From: Methanoculleus sp. | GTDB taxonomy: Archaea; Halobacteriota; Methanomicrobia; Methanomicrobiales; Methanomicrobiaceae | Direction: 5' to 3' | Assembly (NCBI GenBank): GCA_011045995.1 | Contig: DSBQ01000004.1 | Span: forward strand, 1 to 24,000 | DNA: 24,000 nucleotides | In this document: piece by piece, positions 13,300 to 22,665 of the stretch | Layout of the letters: the number at the start of each line of letters is the position of its first letter | How positions within the stretch are numbered: the stretch's first letter is position 1 | Notes under the pieces: generated by a model | Database searches by the model: none | Told to the model about the DNA's origin: nothing | What the model saw: only the letters and a program-made list of their open reading frames with translations | Position numbers and translations under genes: made by a program

Positions 13300-14300
13300 G
13301 CGAGGCGGGGGTACTCGGCAATAATTTTCGCAAAAAGCGCGTTGAGCTGCACGAACTCGTTGTTCGCATCTCCCATTTTTTCATCGGCATCGGCGATGGC
13401 AAGCGTAATCTCCGGGTGGTTGAACTCGCGCCTGCGCACCACCCGCAGTTCGCCCAGAACCTCTTTGCCCGAAAGGCCGTATTCCAGCACCAGCACCTCG
13501 CCTATCGCCTTCGCCCCCTCGAAGTCGCCGCTTCGCAGCGCGGCAAAGAGCGAACGTGCGATATTTCTCGTCTCCGACTCGGAGAAGTCCTCTATAGTGC
13601 CCGTGACCGATGCATCCATCGCCATCTGGAGGTACATCACCGCTTGCCGCAGGTCCCCCCGCACCGAGGCCGCGATCAGTTCGATCTCCGACGCGTCCAC
13701 GGGGAGCGAGCCGTCGGCCTCGGCACGGCTGACCCGGGCCAGGTGGTCCATGATGACCTCCTCCGGCAGGGGGCCGAAGAAGAGCAGCAGCGTCCGTGAA
13801 CTGATCGCCGGGATGATCGCGCTCTGGGTGCGGGCGATAAAGATGAACCGGCAGGTATCGGAGTAGCGCTCCATGATCCGGCGCAGCGCCTGCTGCGCCT
13901 CGAAGGTGAGCGCCTCCGCCTCATCGAAGACGATCAGTTTGAACGGCGCGTTCAGGGGCTGGATGGACGCGTACCACCGGACGATCCGCTTGAAGTTGTT
14001 GATGACGCTCAGCTCCTTTTTGTACAGCTGCGAAAACTTCTCCTCCTCCTCGAGGTACGCCCTCCCGCTCCGGAAGAGCGCTCCCGTGGCGATGACGGAG
14101 AGGTTCTCCCGCCAGAAATCCCCGTACAGCGTCCGGGCGAGGCACTCGACGGCGGCGCTCTTTCCCGTCCCGTGCGGCCCGGTGATCAGCAGGTGGGGGA
14201 CCGTCGCCTTCTCCCCGAACCCCTGCAGGTGCGCGATCACCTTCTCCTGCCCGAGAATATCATCAAATGTCTTCGGCCGGTACTTTTCAATCCACAGCAT
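13296..14300 (-). CDS. replication factor C small-subunit paralogue (divergent, RFCS2-like)
   Basis: 334 aa. MLWIEKYRPKTFDDILGQ (RFC box II), Walker A GPHGTGKS, Walker B FDEAEAL, SRC box changed to SSRT, and sensor-2 GDLRQAV. An insertion of about 25 aa lies between Walker A and Walker B relative to the canonical copy at 22666-23661. Confidence 0.8.
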   Translation of the reverse strand: MLWIEKYRPKTFDDILGQEKVIAHLQGFGEKATVPHLLITGPHGTGKSAAVECLARTLYGDFWRENLSVIATGALFRSGRAYLEEEEKFSQLYKKELSVINNFKRIVRWYASIQPLNAPFKLIVFDEAEALTFEAQQALRRIMERYSDTCRFIFIARTQSAIIPAISSRTLLLFFGPLPEEVIMDHLARVSRAEADGSLPVDASEIELIAASVRGDLRQAVMYLQMAMDASVTGTIEDFSESETRNIARSLFAALRSGDFEGAKAIGEVLVLEYGLSGKEVLGELRVVRRREFNHPEITLAIADADEKMGDANNEFVQLNALFAKIIAEYPRLA

Positions 14301-15018
14301 GGGTCAGGGTCTCCTGCATCGCCGCCACCGCCTCCGCAAGGAGGCGGGCGTTGTCATGGCGCCGGACGAGCTGTGCCGCCTCGTCGGCGCCCAGTTCTTC
14401 GCACGACCGGGTGATCACCGGGAGCGCCCGGGTCAGTTCGTCCACGACCGTCACCGTGGCCGCGCGTGCGGTCCGCGAGAGGGGATTGAGGTCGATGGTA
14501 ACGACCGTCTTTCCCATCGAAACGAGAGCGCTGCACCGGTCGCCGTCCTCCAGCGGCACGAGCACGACGTCCGCCGCATAGATGCCCTCCCGCAGGCAGA
14601 GCGCCCGGTCATGCGCAAGCGGGAGCAGCCGTTCGGCCGCCCCCTGCAGGACGACCACCCCGTGCGCCTCAAGATGCCGGGTGATCGCCTGCATCCGCTT
14701 CTCGGTCCGGTGAAAGAGGTTCACCTCGACGAGCGCACCGGAGGCGCGGGCAAGGGCGCCGATCTCGCCGGCGGCAAGGGCGGCGGTGTTCCCGTTCACC
14801 GATATGACCGGCCGGGCGGCCCGGATGAGAAACGCCGCCGCCGTCCGTTCCGCACATGCCGCGCTCTTTGTCGTCCGTTCGCCGAGCAGGTAGTCGAACG
14901 CCTCGCCGCGCCCGTGGGCACTGGCGCCCTCGATGACGACGATGCCGCTCTTCACCGCGTCTGCTATCTTTTCCCGTGCAACGAGCGAGGCGTACCGCGG
15001 GTGATCCTCAGGTATCAT
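14287..15018 (-). CDS. archaeal phosphopantothenate synthetase (4-phosphopantoate--beta-alanine ligase)
   Basis: 243 aa. MIPEDHPRYASLVAREK...SAHGRGEAFDYLLGE matches my recollection of the COG1701 family. The operon context with pantoate kinase and coaBC supports the call. Confidence 0.75.
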   Translation of the reverse strand: MIPEDHPRYASLVAREKIADAVKSGIVVIEGASAHGRGEAFDYLLGERTTKSAACAERTAAAFLIRAARPVISVNGNTAALAAGEIGALARASGALVEVNLFHRTEKRMQAITRHLEAHGVVVLQGAAERLLPLAHDRALCLREGIYAADVVLVPLEDGDRCSALVSMGKTVVTIDLNPLSRTARAATVTVVDELTRALPVITRSCEELGADEAAQLVRRHDNARLLAEAVAAMQETLTHAVD

Positions 15019-15884
15019 TCATTCCATACTCCTTTCAGGCAAAATCCGGTATCGGCAATTCCCATAGCATGTACGATGCCGAATTCCGATAAAATCTCCT
15101 CCGCACCGCTGCCCGAGGCAAAGACCCCGTTGCCGAGCATCGTCATGCTGGCGAAAACGCCCGCCCCGTCGCATGCAGCGAGCACCGCGTCGACCGCCGG
15201 GGTCACCAGCCCCGTGGCGCAGGCAAAGGCCCGGGCGCGGGTGAAGAACCGGGGCAGGTCTTCCGGGCACCCCGGCAAAAACGCCCGTTCGACCCGCTCC
15301 ATCACATCCGCCCGTGCGAGCACATCCGCCGTATTCAGCGGCCCGAAGTGGACCGTGAAGATCCTCTCCGTAATGCCCGTGATGCGGACGATATCCCCGG
15401 CAGGGCCGGGGGTGCGACGGCAGACGAGGCCCCCGCCCGCGCAGGCGGCCACGTCCCCCAGGCCGGAGGCGTGCACGATCTCACACTCGTGGGCGAGGGC
15501 GACGATCGCCTCCCGTCCCATCCCGAGCGAGAAGAGGGCGTCGGCGGCGGTGATGGACGAGAGCAGCGCCGCCGCCGAGAGGCCGAACCCCGACCCCGCG
15601 GGCAGGTGCGAGGTGGTGGTGACCTCCGCCGCCACCCCCATCCGTGCAAGCGCATACTCGACGGGCGGCGACCCGCGCCGGGTGACGAGGCCGCCCTCTG
15701 CTCCGCTCCGGTGTTCATGGACGACGACCGACGTGCGCCGGGCTTCCCGCACATGGGCGGTGACGCCGCTGTCGATGACGATGCCGGTTCCGATGCTCCC
15801 GGTATCCCTATAGGACGGCCCTTCGACCCGCCGGAACGTCCCGGAGATGTGCCCCGGAGAAAAAGCTACAGCAGAGCGTCCCAT
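15015..15884 (-). CDS. archaeal pantoate kinase (GHMP kinase superfamily)
   Basis: 289 aa. AFSPGHISGTF is at the N-terminus, and the GHMP motif II reads LPAGSGFGLSAAA. It overlaps the PPS start by 4 nt and the coaBC end by 19 nt. Confidence 0.75.
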   Translation of the reverse strand: MGRSAVAFSPGHISGTFRRVEGPSYRDTGSIGTGIVIDSGVTAHVREARRTSVVVHEHRSGAEGGLVTRRGSPPVEYALARMGVAAEVTTTSHLPAGSGFGLSAAALLSSITAADALFSLGMGREAIVALAHECEIVHASGLGDVAACAGGGLVCRRTPGPAGDIVRITGITERIFTVHFGPLNTADVLARADVMERVERAFLPGCPEDLPRFFTRARAFACATGLVTPAVDAVLAACDGAGVFASMTMLGNGVFASGSGAEEILSEFGIVHAMGIADTGFCLKGVWNE

Positions 15885-17014
15885 ATCCCTGCTGCAATGG
15901 TATCCTTGGTCCCTTCAATCTCGCGCCGTTCATCCCTGCCGATGAGCAGATACCTCCCGGACGGCGCCCCGAGGGTATCCGGGGTGTTGGCGGCCACCAT
16001 ATCGGCGCCCTGATCGAGAAGATCGCGGGCGGCCGTCTCAGCGTCCCACCCCAGCTTGAAGGCGACGACGCATCCCGGCCGGTACGCCGCCTCGAGCACC
16101 TCACGGAGGATCTTCGGCTGGGGGACCAGTTCGAGGATGACCTCCTCCCCCGAGCGGATCTTCCCCTCATGCCGGCGCGGGACGAAGTCCGAGATGGCCG
16201 CCGCACTGATGTAATAGTCGATCTGGCCGTCCCGGCAGATGCGGTGCACCGCTTCGCGCATCTCCGCGGCCGTCTCCGCATGCACATTGCGGACGCAGGG
16301 GACGCGCCCGCTGTGGACGACCGACACGTCCGCCCCGAGGCGGTAGGCCTGCAGGGAAAGCTCCTCTCCCATGCGGCCGCTCGACCGGGTCGTCAGCACC
16401 CGCACGTCGTCGACCTCCTCCCGGCAGGGGCCGGAGGTGACGAGCACCCGCCTGCCCTCCAGCGGCCGGCCCGATACCGCCCGCTCCGCTTCGATGACGA
16501 TCTCGCCGATATCCGCGATCTTCGCCTTCCCCTCCTCGATCCTCGGTTCGACGATGGTGATGCCCCATTCTTTGAGGAGGGCAAGGCACCGCACGACGCC
16601 CGGATGGCGGTACATGCTCTCGTGCATCGCGGGCACGATGACGACCGGCATCCCGCTCCCGAGGGCGGTGGTGGCAAAGGTGGTGACCGGCGTATCGTCG
16701 ATGCCGTGGGCGATCTTGCAGAGCGTGTTCGCGGTCGCCGGGGCGATCAGCAGGAGATCGGCAGAGCCCCCGTCGCCGCAATAGGTCACGTGCTCCACGA
16801 GCCCGGTGCACCGGGTGATGGTCTCGGCGCCGGTCGCGTAGGTGATCGCATCCGGGTGCACGATGCCGCAGGCCGCCGCGGTCATCACCGCCCGCACCCG
16901 CGCCCCCCTGCGCCGCAGCGCATGGGCAAGCCGCACGTCCTCGACCGCCGCCACGCTCCCGGTGATGCCGAGAATGATCTCTTTTCCCTCAAGTATCGAC
17001 GACGTCCGTCTCAT
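15866..17014 (-). CDS. coaBC: bifunctional phosphopantothenoylcysteine decarboxylase / phosphopantothenate-cysteine ligase
   Basis: 382 aa. An N-terminal flavoprotein domain (ILGITGSVAA...PAMH) is followed by a C-terminal CoaB domain (VTSGPCREEVDDVRVLTTRSSGRMG...AAAISDF). Confidence 0.88.
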   Translation of the reverse strand: MRRTSSILEGKEIILGITGSVAAVEDVRLAHALRRRGARVRAVMTAAACGIVHPDAITYATGAETITRCTGLVEHVTYCGDGGSADLLLIAPATANTLCKIAHGIDDTPVTTFATTALGSGMPVVIVPAMHESMYRHPGVVRCLALLKEWGITIVEPRIEEGKAKIADIGEIVIEAERAVSGRPLEGRRVLVTSGPCREEVDDVRVLTTRSSGRMGEELSLQAYRLGADVSVVHSGRVPCVRNVHAETAAEMREAVHRICRDGQIDYYISAAAISDFVPRRHEGKIRSGEEVILELVPQPKILREVLEAAYRPGCVVAFKLGWDAETAARDLLDQGADMVAANTPDTLGAPSGRYLLIGRDERREIEGTKDTIAAGIWDALL

Positions 17015-17901
17015 CGGATCACCACATCATGCACCATATGCCACCGTCCCGGTGCATATTTTTTCACGTTTCTCACAGATATCTCTGCCTCCATGCCGCA
17101 TTCCCTGCAGGCGGTGCCGATGACGCTCCTGATGCCGCCGATGCTGTGCACGTGCAGCACGCTTCCCCGGCGCACATGCGACAGGGCGTCCGGCAAAAAG
17201 TCCTGCGCAGCAAAATGCCCCATGATCACCCGGTCGTACACGCCCGCAAGGAGGTCGCGGCAGTCCCCGCATTCAGGAGTGACCCGTGCCGAAAGGCCGT
17301 TCTCCCGCACATTCTCTTGGAGGTAGGCAAAGGACGCCGGGTTGATCTCCATCGCGTGCACCGCCGCACCCCCCCGGGCCGCCGGAAGGGTGAAGTAGCC
17401 GATCCCCGCGAACATATCGGCGCACCGCTCCGCCCTGCCGGACTTTTTGACGGACGATCCCACGCACGCCTCGATGCGCATCTTCTCCTCACGGTTGCCC
17501 ATCGCAAACATCACCCGCGACGGGTCGAGCCTATACGACAGCCCCGCCTCGTGGTGGGTGACGTCATGGGACGCCCCGAAGAGGGGGACCGTCGCCGGGG
17601 TCCGCATCACCCCGTCGTACCCGGCGATATGCAGGATCGCCGAGGGCCGGGCCCACGCATGGATCGCCTCCGTCTCCTCCGGTGTCGGCACCCGCCCGTG
17701 GGTAAGCGCGATATCCCCGACCATCTGGTAACCCCGCCCGGCGTACCGCCGCCGCTCGTCGATCTCCCGGTCGCAGGGATACCCCTCCGCCACCGGGACG
17801 AATGCTGTCTCATCCCTGATGTACGGGCGGCGGTTCGTGTCCACCCACGGTTCGTCCATGACCGCAGAAAGGCGCTCCAGCGGGACGGCACGGACTCTCA
17901 T
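17011..17901 (-). CDS. trm5: Met-10+ family tRNA methyltransferase (Trm5 m1G37 / Taw2-like)
   Basis: 296 aa from ATG 17901 (MRVRAVPLERL), 5 nt after the nmd3 stop. The SAM-binding block is DMFAGIGYFTLPAA, and NP..AYLQENVRENGL is also present. Sequence alone does not separate Trm5 from Taw2. Confidence 0.72.
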   Translation of the reverse strand: MRVRAVPLERLSAVMDEPWVDTNRRPYIRDETAFVPVAEGYPCDREIDERRRYAGRGYQMVGDIALTHGRVPTPEETEAIHAWARPSAILHIAGYDGVMRTPATVPLFGASHDVTHHEAGLSYRLDPSRVMFAMGNREEKMRIEACVGSSVKKSGRAERCADMFAGIGYFTLPAARGGAAVHAMEINPASFAYLQENVRENGLSARVTPECGDCRDLLAGVYDRVIMGHFAAQDFLPDALSHVRRGSVLHVHSIGGIRSVIGTACRECGMEAEISVRNVKKYAPGRWHMVHDVVIR

Positions 17902-17906
17902 CGCGG

Positions 17907-18962
17907 CTACCCGACCGGAACGATGCGGTCGTTCTCGCGGTCGCGAAGGATCCGAAACGCCGACCCCTCGGCGAGGTTCAGCCATGCAAGGGCGGGAATC
18001 GTGATCGGCATGAAGGTGTCCGGGTCCAGAATGCCCGCCATATCGCCGTCGATGAAGGACACGGTGACATATTGTGCATCCCTCACGTTCGCCACGATCC
18101 GGTAGGCGTCGTCCTCCCGGATCACGTTCATGATCCCTTCCTGCAGGTCGAAGACCTTCAGCGTCCCCGACTCCACCGACCGCACCTCATAGTACCGGTT
18201 CTTCACCTCGATCACATCGCCGCGTCGGTACCGGGGGAGCCGCACGAGATAGGTGATGCGGTAGAGTTTCTTCCCGTCCCGCTCGCCGAAGAGTTTCGGG
18301 TGCCGGGTCGTCCTGCCCCCGAGCTCGGCGGTAACCTGTTTTGTGATCAGATCCCCGATATGGTGGCTCGAGATGACGATATCCACGCCGTCCCTCGTAT
18401 CATCGATGCGGCTGACAAAGGAGAGGCGGTCGCCCGCCTCCAGCAGGCTCTCCTCGATATTCGTGGCGATCGCCTCCACCCGCACCCGTTCGTGGAGGTC
18501 GGGCGTCCGGTCCGTCGCCCGCACCTGTATGACGCCCTCGTAGTAGTTCCCGGACAACCGGTTGCAGCGGTCGCACTGCTCCTTCTTCCACGCGATGAGG
18601 ACATCGACGCGTGCCGTCTTCGGCACCCCGTAGAGCGTCCCTTCCGCATGGATGATGCACTTCGTCCTGTTCGGGCTCGGTTCGTGGCTCTCCACCGTCA
18701 GGTGCAGGTCCTGCACATCATTGTGCACGTGAAGAGCGCCCAAAGCGAGCTCCTCTGCGAGCACCTGCCGCTCCTTGGTGGTATCCGACCAGGTATTCCC
18801 CTGTTTGACGGATTCGCAGGTCGGGCAGTAGGCACAGACCACCCGCGGCTCGGCAACGATCCACTCGATGCTCTCTGCCAGGCATTTGTTGCAGATGCCT
18901 TCGTTCTCTGTTGGTCCGCCGCATTTCGGGCAGAAATTCTCCTGAATATTCATGGTTTGCAT
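17907..18962 (-). CDS. nmd3: archaeal NMD3-family protein (ribosomal large-subunit associated)
   Basis: N-terminal zinc-ribbon cysteine pairs: CPKCGG...CNKC and CAYCPTC. The length is about 350 aa. ATG 18962 shares one base with the upstream TGA (TGATG); an alternative ATG is at 18953. Confidence 0.72.
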   Translation of the reverse strand: MQTMNIQENFCPKCGGPTENEGICNKCLAESIEWIVAEPRVVCAYCPTCESVKQGNTWSDTTKERQVLAEELALGALHVHNDVQDLHLTVESHEPSPNRTKCIIHAEGTLYGVPKTARVDVLIAWKKEQCDRCNRLSGNYYEGVIQVRATDRTPDLHERVRVEAIATNIEESLLEAGDRLSFVSRIDDTRDGVDIVISSHHIGDLITKQVTAELGGRTTRHPKLFGERDGKKLYRITYLVRLPRYRRGDVIEVKNRYYEVRSVESGTLKVFDLQEGIMNVIREDDAYRIVANVRDAQYVTVSFIDGDMAGILDPDTFMPITIPALAWLNLAEGSAFRILRDRENDRIVPVG

Positions 18963-19255
18963 CAGGCCTGGTATATCTGGGCGTGCGGCACTCCGTCGAT
19001 GAGTATATAGGCTCCTTCGGCAAGCACGCCGCACTCTATCGCTACACTCACAGCCTGTTTCCCAATAAGGTTAATGTTTCCCGCACTCTTCAGTGCCTTG
19101 ACGACCTCGTCGCGGCCGGCCTCCCCGGTGCCGTAGAACGTCTCGCTCACGCAGATCTCCATCTCCCCGTGGCGTAATGTCCTGTTCAGAAGGTCCCTGT
19201 CACAGACGGCAACGATCCCGCCGGTCCCCGGTATGCGGTGTATTTTCAGGTACAT
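18962..19255 (-). CDS. DUF424-family small archaeal protein
   Basis: 97 aa. MYLKIHRIPG..IVAVCDRDLLNRTL........FYGTGE...NLIGKQAVSVAIECG....ILIDGVPHAQ matches my memory of the conserved archaeal DUF424 pattern. Confidence 0.62.
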   Translation of the reverse strand: MYLKIHRIPGTGGIVAVCDRDLLNRTLRHGEMEICVSETFYGTGEAGRDEVVKALKSAGNINLIGKQAVSVAIECGVLAEGAYILIDGVPHAQIYQA

Positions 19256-19282
19256 TGCATGTACCCATCGGCGAGGATGCGT

Positions 19283-19289
19283 AAAAAAA
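19283..19289 (-). terminator. oligo-T tract after tatD
   Basis: A7 on the plus strand gives T7 on the minus strand, about 25-30 nt after the stop at 19313-19315. No clear TATA follows, so read-through into DUF424 is possible. Confidence 0.3.
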
Positions 19290-19312
19290 CAAAGGGTGGC
19301 GTCCTCTCCCCG

Positions 19313-20143
19313 TCAGGAGAGCACGACATCGATGCCATAGACCTGTGACGGCGTCTCTGCATGGATGCGCCATGCCGCCTCTTCATCCATCGCACCGCTC
19401 TCCCACAGCCGCCGGGTGAACCGGGGGACGGACTTCGGCCCGATGACCGCACCCGGACGGGAGTTGTCATCCATGTAGTCGCTCTCCATCATGAACCGCC
19501 GCCCCGCCTGCGCGAGCGCCGGGATCGCCTCGTGTCTGGCGACGAGCGACGGGGTGAGCGGGGTCTCCGGAACGGCAAAATGCTTGACCACCCGTTCCAC
19601 CGCCATCCCCGCCTCCGCCGCCATCACGGCGACATCCGTGCAGGGCCCGCTCTCCGAATGGATCTGGAGGGCGCATCCGGTATCCGCCGAAAGCTCCAGC
19701 GCATGCCGGAGAATGCGGTTCGAGGCGTCCCACACCTCCTCCTCCACCGGGTAGTGCGGCCGCCCGCTCTTTATCGCAACCGCACGCCCGTCGGCGACGT
19801 ACGCCGCCGCCGCCGTAAGGCCGTCCTTCATCAGCGCCTCCGCCTCGGCGAGGGGCATGCGCCGGGTAAGAACCCCAATCTCAGCGGGGTGGACGCCCAG
19901 CACCGGAAACGCGGTCACCCCGCTTGCGCGGATCATATCCGCCACCCGGAGGGTGATCTCAAAGACCTCCCGGAAGTCGTCCCCCCGCACCGGGTGGATG
20001 CCCAGCGACCACGACGGTTTGGTCACCAGCATCATATGGGTGCCCCCGGCACGCCGGAAGTCCTTCACCGCCTCTGCGCCGCGGCCGTTCATCGGGTCGA
20101 TATGGATATGGTCGTCGGTGACCGGGAAAGAAAACGCCTGCAT
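19313..20143 (-). CDS. TatD-related metal-dependent hydrolase
   Basis: 276 aa. It has the amidohydrolase HxH motif (DDHIHID), later metal-ligand-like H/E/D positions (LQIHSE, ESDY), and a TIM-barrel hydrolase length. Confidence 0.7.
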   Translation of the reverse strand: MQAFSFPVTDDHIHIDPMNGRGAEAVKDFRRAGGTHMMLVTKPSWSLGIHPVRGDDFREVFEITLRVADMIRASGVTAFPVLGVHPAEIGVLTRRMPLAEAEALMKDGLTAAAAYVADGRAVAIKSGRPHYPVEEEVWDASNRILRHALELSADTGCALQIHSESGPCTDVAVMAAEAGMAVERVVKHFAVPETPLTPSLVARHEAIPALAQAGRRFMMESDYMDDNSRPGAVIGPKSVPRFTRRLWESGAMDEEAAWRIHAETPSQVYGIDVVLS

Positions 20144-20144
20144 G

Positions 20145-20468
20145 TCAGTCGAGGATCTTCATCAGGGGATACTGCCCGTCGAACGCCAGTGCAGCCCGGC
20201 AGGTCTCCCCGCCGACGTCGGTGGTGATGACGACATCAAACATCTTTCCCGCAAGTTCGCTGTACCCGAAGGGGTTGAGTTCCATCATCCCCGTATCGAT
20301 GCGGACCGTGATACCGGTCACATACGGCTGGAGCCCGACGGCCTTCTCGATGGCCGTCTCCACCGAGGGCGCCGTCGCGGGGGAGATGGGCGTGCCGACC
20401 CACTGGTGGTACAGGGCGCCGAGCTTTATCCCGGCCTCAAACGCGGCCCGGACCTTATCAGGATTCAT
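20145..20468 (-). CDS. mptD: archaeal-type dihydroneopterin aldolase (methanopterin biosynthesis)
   Basis: 107 aa. FEAGIKLGALYHQWVGTPIS...LQPYV resembles the MptD (MJ0408-type) family as I recall it. A 1-nt gap separates it from tatD. Confidence 0.58.
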   Translation of the reverse strand: MNPDKVRAAFEAGIKLGALYHQWVGTPISPATAPSVETAIEKAVGLQPYVTGITVRIDTGMMELNPFGYSELAGKMFDVVITTDVGGETCRAALAFDGQYPLMKILD

Positions 20469-20487
20469 GCGTGATTATTTGGGAGGT

Positions 20488-20528
20488 AAAAAAGAAGAAT
20501 GCAGCGGTGCGCCCCGCCCCTGCCGCAT
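20488..20528 (-). terminator. hairpin plus U-tract after mcm
   Basis: The minus-strand RNA forms a 7-bp stem AUGCGGC/GCUGCAU (one G-U pair) with a 16-nt GC-rich loop (20499-20528). UCUUC and then U6 (20488-20493) follow. It lies 11-51 nt after the mcm stop. Confidence 0.33.
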
Positions 20529-20538
20529 CGTGCGCCGT

Positions 20539-22665
20539 TTAGGAGAGGAGCTTGAGGATCCCGTGCCGCGGCTGCATCAGCTGCCCGTCCCGGTTCATCT
20601 CATCGATCCGCTTGAGGACGTCATCGCGGTTGTGCCCGTTCTTCACGAGCTCGGCCACCACGTCGTTCATCTGCGCCCGCCCGTTCTGGTCCGCCAGTTC
20701 GCGCACGACCTCTTTGATCTCGCGTATCAGGTCGCGGCTGTGCTTGGAGTAGCTGGTGACCAGACGGTCGATGTCGTAGCTCCCGCTCTCCGGGTCGTAG
20801 GCCACCTTCTTCAGGCAGTTGTCGATGATGGTGATGACCCGCTGCGCATCACTCAGGTCGACCGAATCGGAGAGGCGCACGCGGGCGCTTGCCTCGGCGA
20901 GCCGCACCAGCGCCTCGAGCTGGCGCGCCGTGACCGGCACCGGTTTGTTCTCGTCGGCGAGGTTTCGCAGGTTGAGGTAGTAATCGGTGAGCGCGTCGCG
21001 CGCGTCATCGCTCATGATCGGATAGCAGTTCCTCTTGGCATACGCGATATACTTCCTGAAGAGCAGGGCGTCGATCTCCGGGGTCACCGGTTCGAGCTGC
21101 CGCCGGATGTATTCCTCATCCACTCCCTCGATCGGGGTCTTTTTGGTATGCTCGATCAGCTCCCCGACGCTGTGCGACTTGAGGATATGGGTGCTGATCG
21201 CCCGGTCGATCTTGGCGTCCGGCTTGTCCTCCATGATGAAGATCAGGTCAAAGCGCGACAGCAGGGACGGCGGCATGTTGATCTGCTCGGCTATCGGCGC
21301 ATACTCGTCGAACCGGCCCATCTTCGGGTTCGCCGCACCGATAAGGGCACACCGCGACCGGAGCGTCGCCGTGATCCCCGCCTTTGCAATGGATATGGAC
21401 TGCTGCTCCATCGCCTCGTGCAGGGCGCTGCGGTCTTCCTTTGCCATCTTGTCCATCTCATCCACCGCGGCGATGCCCATGTCCGCAAGGACCAGCGCAC
21501 CGGCCTCGAGGGTCCATCTCCCGTCGCCGAACTCGTCCTTGACGGCCGTTGCGGTAAGCCCCGCGGAACTGGAGGACTTCCCGCTCGTATAGATCCCACG
21601 GGGCGCGATCTGGATGATATACCTGAGCATCTGCGACTTGGCGATACCGGGGTCTCCCACGAGGAGCATGTGGATATCGCCCCGGAGACGGCTACCGTCA
21701 GGCATCTCCTTTGCGATGCCCCCGAAGAGGATGAGCGATATCGCCTCCTTGACCTGCGTCAGCCCGTATATTGACGGCGCGATGGACCGCGACACCTTGT
21801 CATACAGTTCGGGGTCCTTCGAGAGCTCGACAATCGCCAGCTCGTCCGCCTCGGAGATGTTCACCTCCTCGAACTCCTTTTCGGATATCTCGATGGAGTT
21901 TGCCTCCAGGTACACATCGAAGAGGGTGCTCTTCTGGCCGTAGGAGATGCGCTGGACCGAACGCAGGATGCCGTTGATGATGATGCGGTCACCCGGCGAC
22001 ACCCTGCCCGTCAGGTCGTCGATCACGTCGACATCGAGGGTCTGCGGCTGCTCACCGCCCCGCAGCCCTTCGGGCGACTCCTGTATCCGGACCTTCTGGG
22101 CATCCACGAACCTCGAGAGCTGCGCGACGAGATCCATCTTCGTCTGGCGCTCGCACTGGGTGCACGGCCGGTACGGCTCCTGAAAACGGGAATACTCCTG
22201 CAGGTAGGGCGGCGTGAGGGTGCCGCACTGGAGGCACCGGAAGACCGCGCTCGTCAGGCGGGGGCGGACCTCGGTGGTCTTTCGCAAAATCCCCTCGACC
22301 GAGACGAAGGTATTGATGTGATGGGACCGGATATCCCGCACCGCGAGTTTTTTAGGGAGGTTTTTGAACCGGACATTGATGGCCGCAACCTTCTCCTCCT
22401 CGTCCTTCGTGAAGATCAGGTTGTTGTCCTTCAGCGCGTCTTTGACATCCCCGATGACCTTGCCGGGGAACTGGAGCAGTTCGTCGGCCATCTCGAGGCC
22501 CGTCTTTCCCCATTTCTCGAGGACGCGGTAATCGATCTCCAGCGAACGCAGGTGCGGGTACTCGCTCGCAATCTCGCCGAGCTCCCGCCGGTAATGCTTC
22601 TTTAAAAATGCGTTCCAGTCGGATGCACGGTCGGTGACGGACACCTCTTCCGGTTCGACGTCCAC
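20539..22665 (-). CDS. mcm: MCM replicative helicase
   Basis: 708 aa. It has a C4 zinc motif CLQCG...CTQC, Walker A GDPGIAKS, Walker B AAVDEMDKM, and an arginine finger SRFDLIF. The C-terminal winged-helix region is present and there is no intein. The GTG start follows the rfcS TAG directly (TAGGTG), with GGGTGAG 8 nt upstream. Confidence 0.95.
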   Translation of the reverse strand: MDVEPEEVSVTDRASDWNAFLKKHYRRELGEIASEYPHLRSLEIDYRVLEKWGKTGLEMADELLQFPGKVIGDVKDALKDNNLIFTKDEEEKVAAINVRFKNLPKKLAVRDIRSHHINTFVSVEGILRKTTEVRPRLTSAVFRCLQCGTLTPPYLQEYSRFQEPYRPCTQCERQTKMDLVAQLSRFVDAQKVRIQESPEGLRGGEQPQTLDVDVIDDLTGRVSPGDRIIINGILRSVQRISYGQKSTLFDVYLEANSIEISEKEFEEVNISEADELAIVELSKDPELYDKVSRSIAPSIYGLTQVKEAISLILFGGIAKEMPDGSRLRGDIHMLLVGDPGIAKSQMLRYIIQIAPRGIYTSGKSSSSAGLTATAVKDEFGDGRWTLEAGALVLADMGIAAVDEMDKMAKEDRSALHEAMEQQSISIAKAGITATLRSRCALIGAANPKMGRFDEYAPIAEQINMPPSLLSRFDLIFIMEDKPDAKIDRAISTHILKSHSVGELIEHTKKTPIEGVDEEYIRRQLEPVTPEIDALLFRKYIAYAKRNCYPIMSDDARDALTDYYLNLRNLADENKPVPVTARQLEALVRLAEASARVRLSDSVDLSDAQRVITIIDNCLKKVAYDPESGSYDIDRLVTSYSKHSRDLIREIKEVVRELADQNGRAQMNDVVAELVKNGHNRDDVLKRIDEMNRDGQLMQPRHGILKLLS

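Noticed and set aside
13873-15813. 646-aa plus-strand ORF, the longest antisense ORF in the track. Similar cases: 20221-21774 (+, 517 aa), 938-2098 (+), 5739-6854 (-), 6829-7641 (-), 16169-17326 (+), 17029-18105 (+), 18072-19010 (+), 9735-10589 (+), 22786-23646 (+).
   Set aside because: All lie antisense to ORFs with strong family motifs and have Arg/Pro/Gly/Ala-rich low-complexity translations with no recognisable domains. They are typical stop-codon-poor shadow frames of a GC-rich genome.
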